Below are positions 63,071 through 64,000 of a stretch of DNA of 64,000 nt, in pieces (the stretch's first letter is position 1; each line of letters begins with the position of its first letter). This stretch comes from Octopus sinensis. Taxonomy: Eukaryota. The translations under genes were made by a program, and so were the position numbers. The notes beneath the pieces were generated by a model. It saw nothing but the letters and a program-made list of their open reading frames with translations, made no database searches and was not told where the DNA came from. The stretch lies in NCBI RefSeq assembly GCF_006345805.1, contig NC_043007.1, forward strand, positions 74,586,001 through 74,650,000. Direction: 5' to 3'.

Positions 63071-63386
63071 TTAATTAAAGAAATATTAATTAAAGAAATT
63101 TCCAATGATTACATTTAATAACGATGTTAAAATGGGCGGATGCTAATTAATCTACTTGTCATTCTATTTTTCTATTCCGATTCATTAAACTGAGTTTAAT
63201 GAATTGAGTTTAATTATTAATTCTAACATAAATATGAGTCTTTGAATGAATCTGATTTATTGTTTAACATAAATCAAATCAGGATTTTTTAAAACAGGCG
63301 AGAAATATTTTGCGTGAAGTTTCTTCGTCAACTTTATAAAACAACAACACAAATAACAAGCGTAAATTAATTTATTATCGCAACGG

Positions 63387-63975
63387 AGGCAGCGAGCTGG
63401 CAGAATCGTTAGCACGCCGGGCAAAATGCTTAGTGGTATTTCGTCTGCCGTTACGTTCTGAGTTCAAATTCCGCCGAGGTCGACTTTGCCTTTCATTAAA
63501 TAAGTACCAGTTACACACTGGAGTCGATATAATCGACTTAATCCGTTTGTCTGTCCTTGTTTGTCCTCTCTGTGTTTGGCCTATTGTGGGTAGTAAAGAA
63601 ATAGGTATTTCGTCTGCCGTTACGTTCTGGGTTCAAATTCCGCCGAGGTCGACTTTGCCTTTCATCCTTTCGGGGTCGATAAATTAAGTACCAGTTACGC
63701 ACTGGAATCGATGTAATCGGCTTAATCCCTTTGTCTGTCCTTGTTTGTCCTCTCTGTGTTTAGCCCCTTGTGGGTAGTAAAGAAATAGATATTTCGTCTG
63801 CCGTTACGTTCTGGGTTCAAATTCCACCGAGGTCGACTTTGCCTTTCATCCTTTCGGGGTCGATAAATTAAGTACCAGTTACGCACTGGAATCGATCTAA
63901 TCGGCTTAATCCCTTTGTCTGTCCTTGTTTGTCCCTCCTTTATGTTTAGCCCCTTGTGGGTAGTAAAGAAATAAG
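63387..63975 (+). mobile_element. SINE family A trimer
   Basis: Units start at ~63437, 63606 and 63790. Confidence 0.9.
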
Positions 63976-64000
63976 AATCGTTAGAGCGTCGGAGAAAAAT

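Noticed and set aside
12177-63975. Regular ~182-bp repeats as a CRISPR-like array or tRNA genes
   Set aside because: No unique spacers and no cas genes; heads are tRNA-derived SINE promoters without a full cloverleaf.

Overview
AT-rich, repeat-dense animal genomic DNA. The SINE families and microsatellite load point to a cephalopod, most likely Octopus (inferred from repeat content only). No prokaryotic features, CRISPR array, rRNA or true tRNA were seen, and most ORFs in the supplied track are microsatellite or SINE artefacts. Host genes: two tandem single-exon InaF-motif micro-protein genes (+; 8154-8417 and 14819-15082) and two intronless TPPP/p25-alpha paralogs (-). The TPPP at 61043-61579 is full length; the one at 49735-50220 has lost its Gly-rich C-terminal motifs in frame. 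There is also an inverted promoter/5'UTR relic of a third TPPP copy (~62545-62665) and one orphan exon candidate (14191-14354, -). Mobile DNA: a nearly intact Penelope-like element (RT + GIY-YIG, ~40190-43175), a full-length decayed Chapaev-like transposon (19465-21719), tandemly duplicated R4/Dong-type fragments in (TTA)n, a Tx1-like LINE fragment, mariner/Tc1, RTE and hAT relics, Helitron-like and foldback elements, and at least three tRNA-derived SINE families, one forming TSD-flanked multimers. The most interesting unannotated layer is about ten minimal type-I hammerhead ribozyme motifs found by eye. They have palindromic helix III and varied cores, including a U3-A8 compensatory variant in two copies, and they sit in Penelope ends and in tandem retrozyme-like units. 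All structures were folded by hand and coordinates of decayed repeats are approximate.
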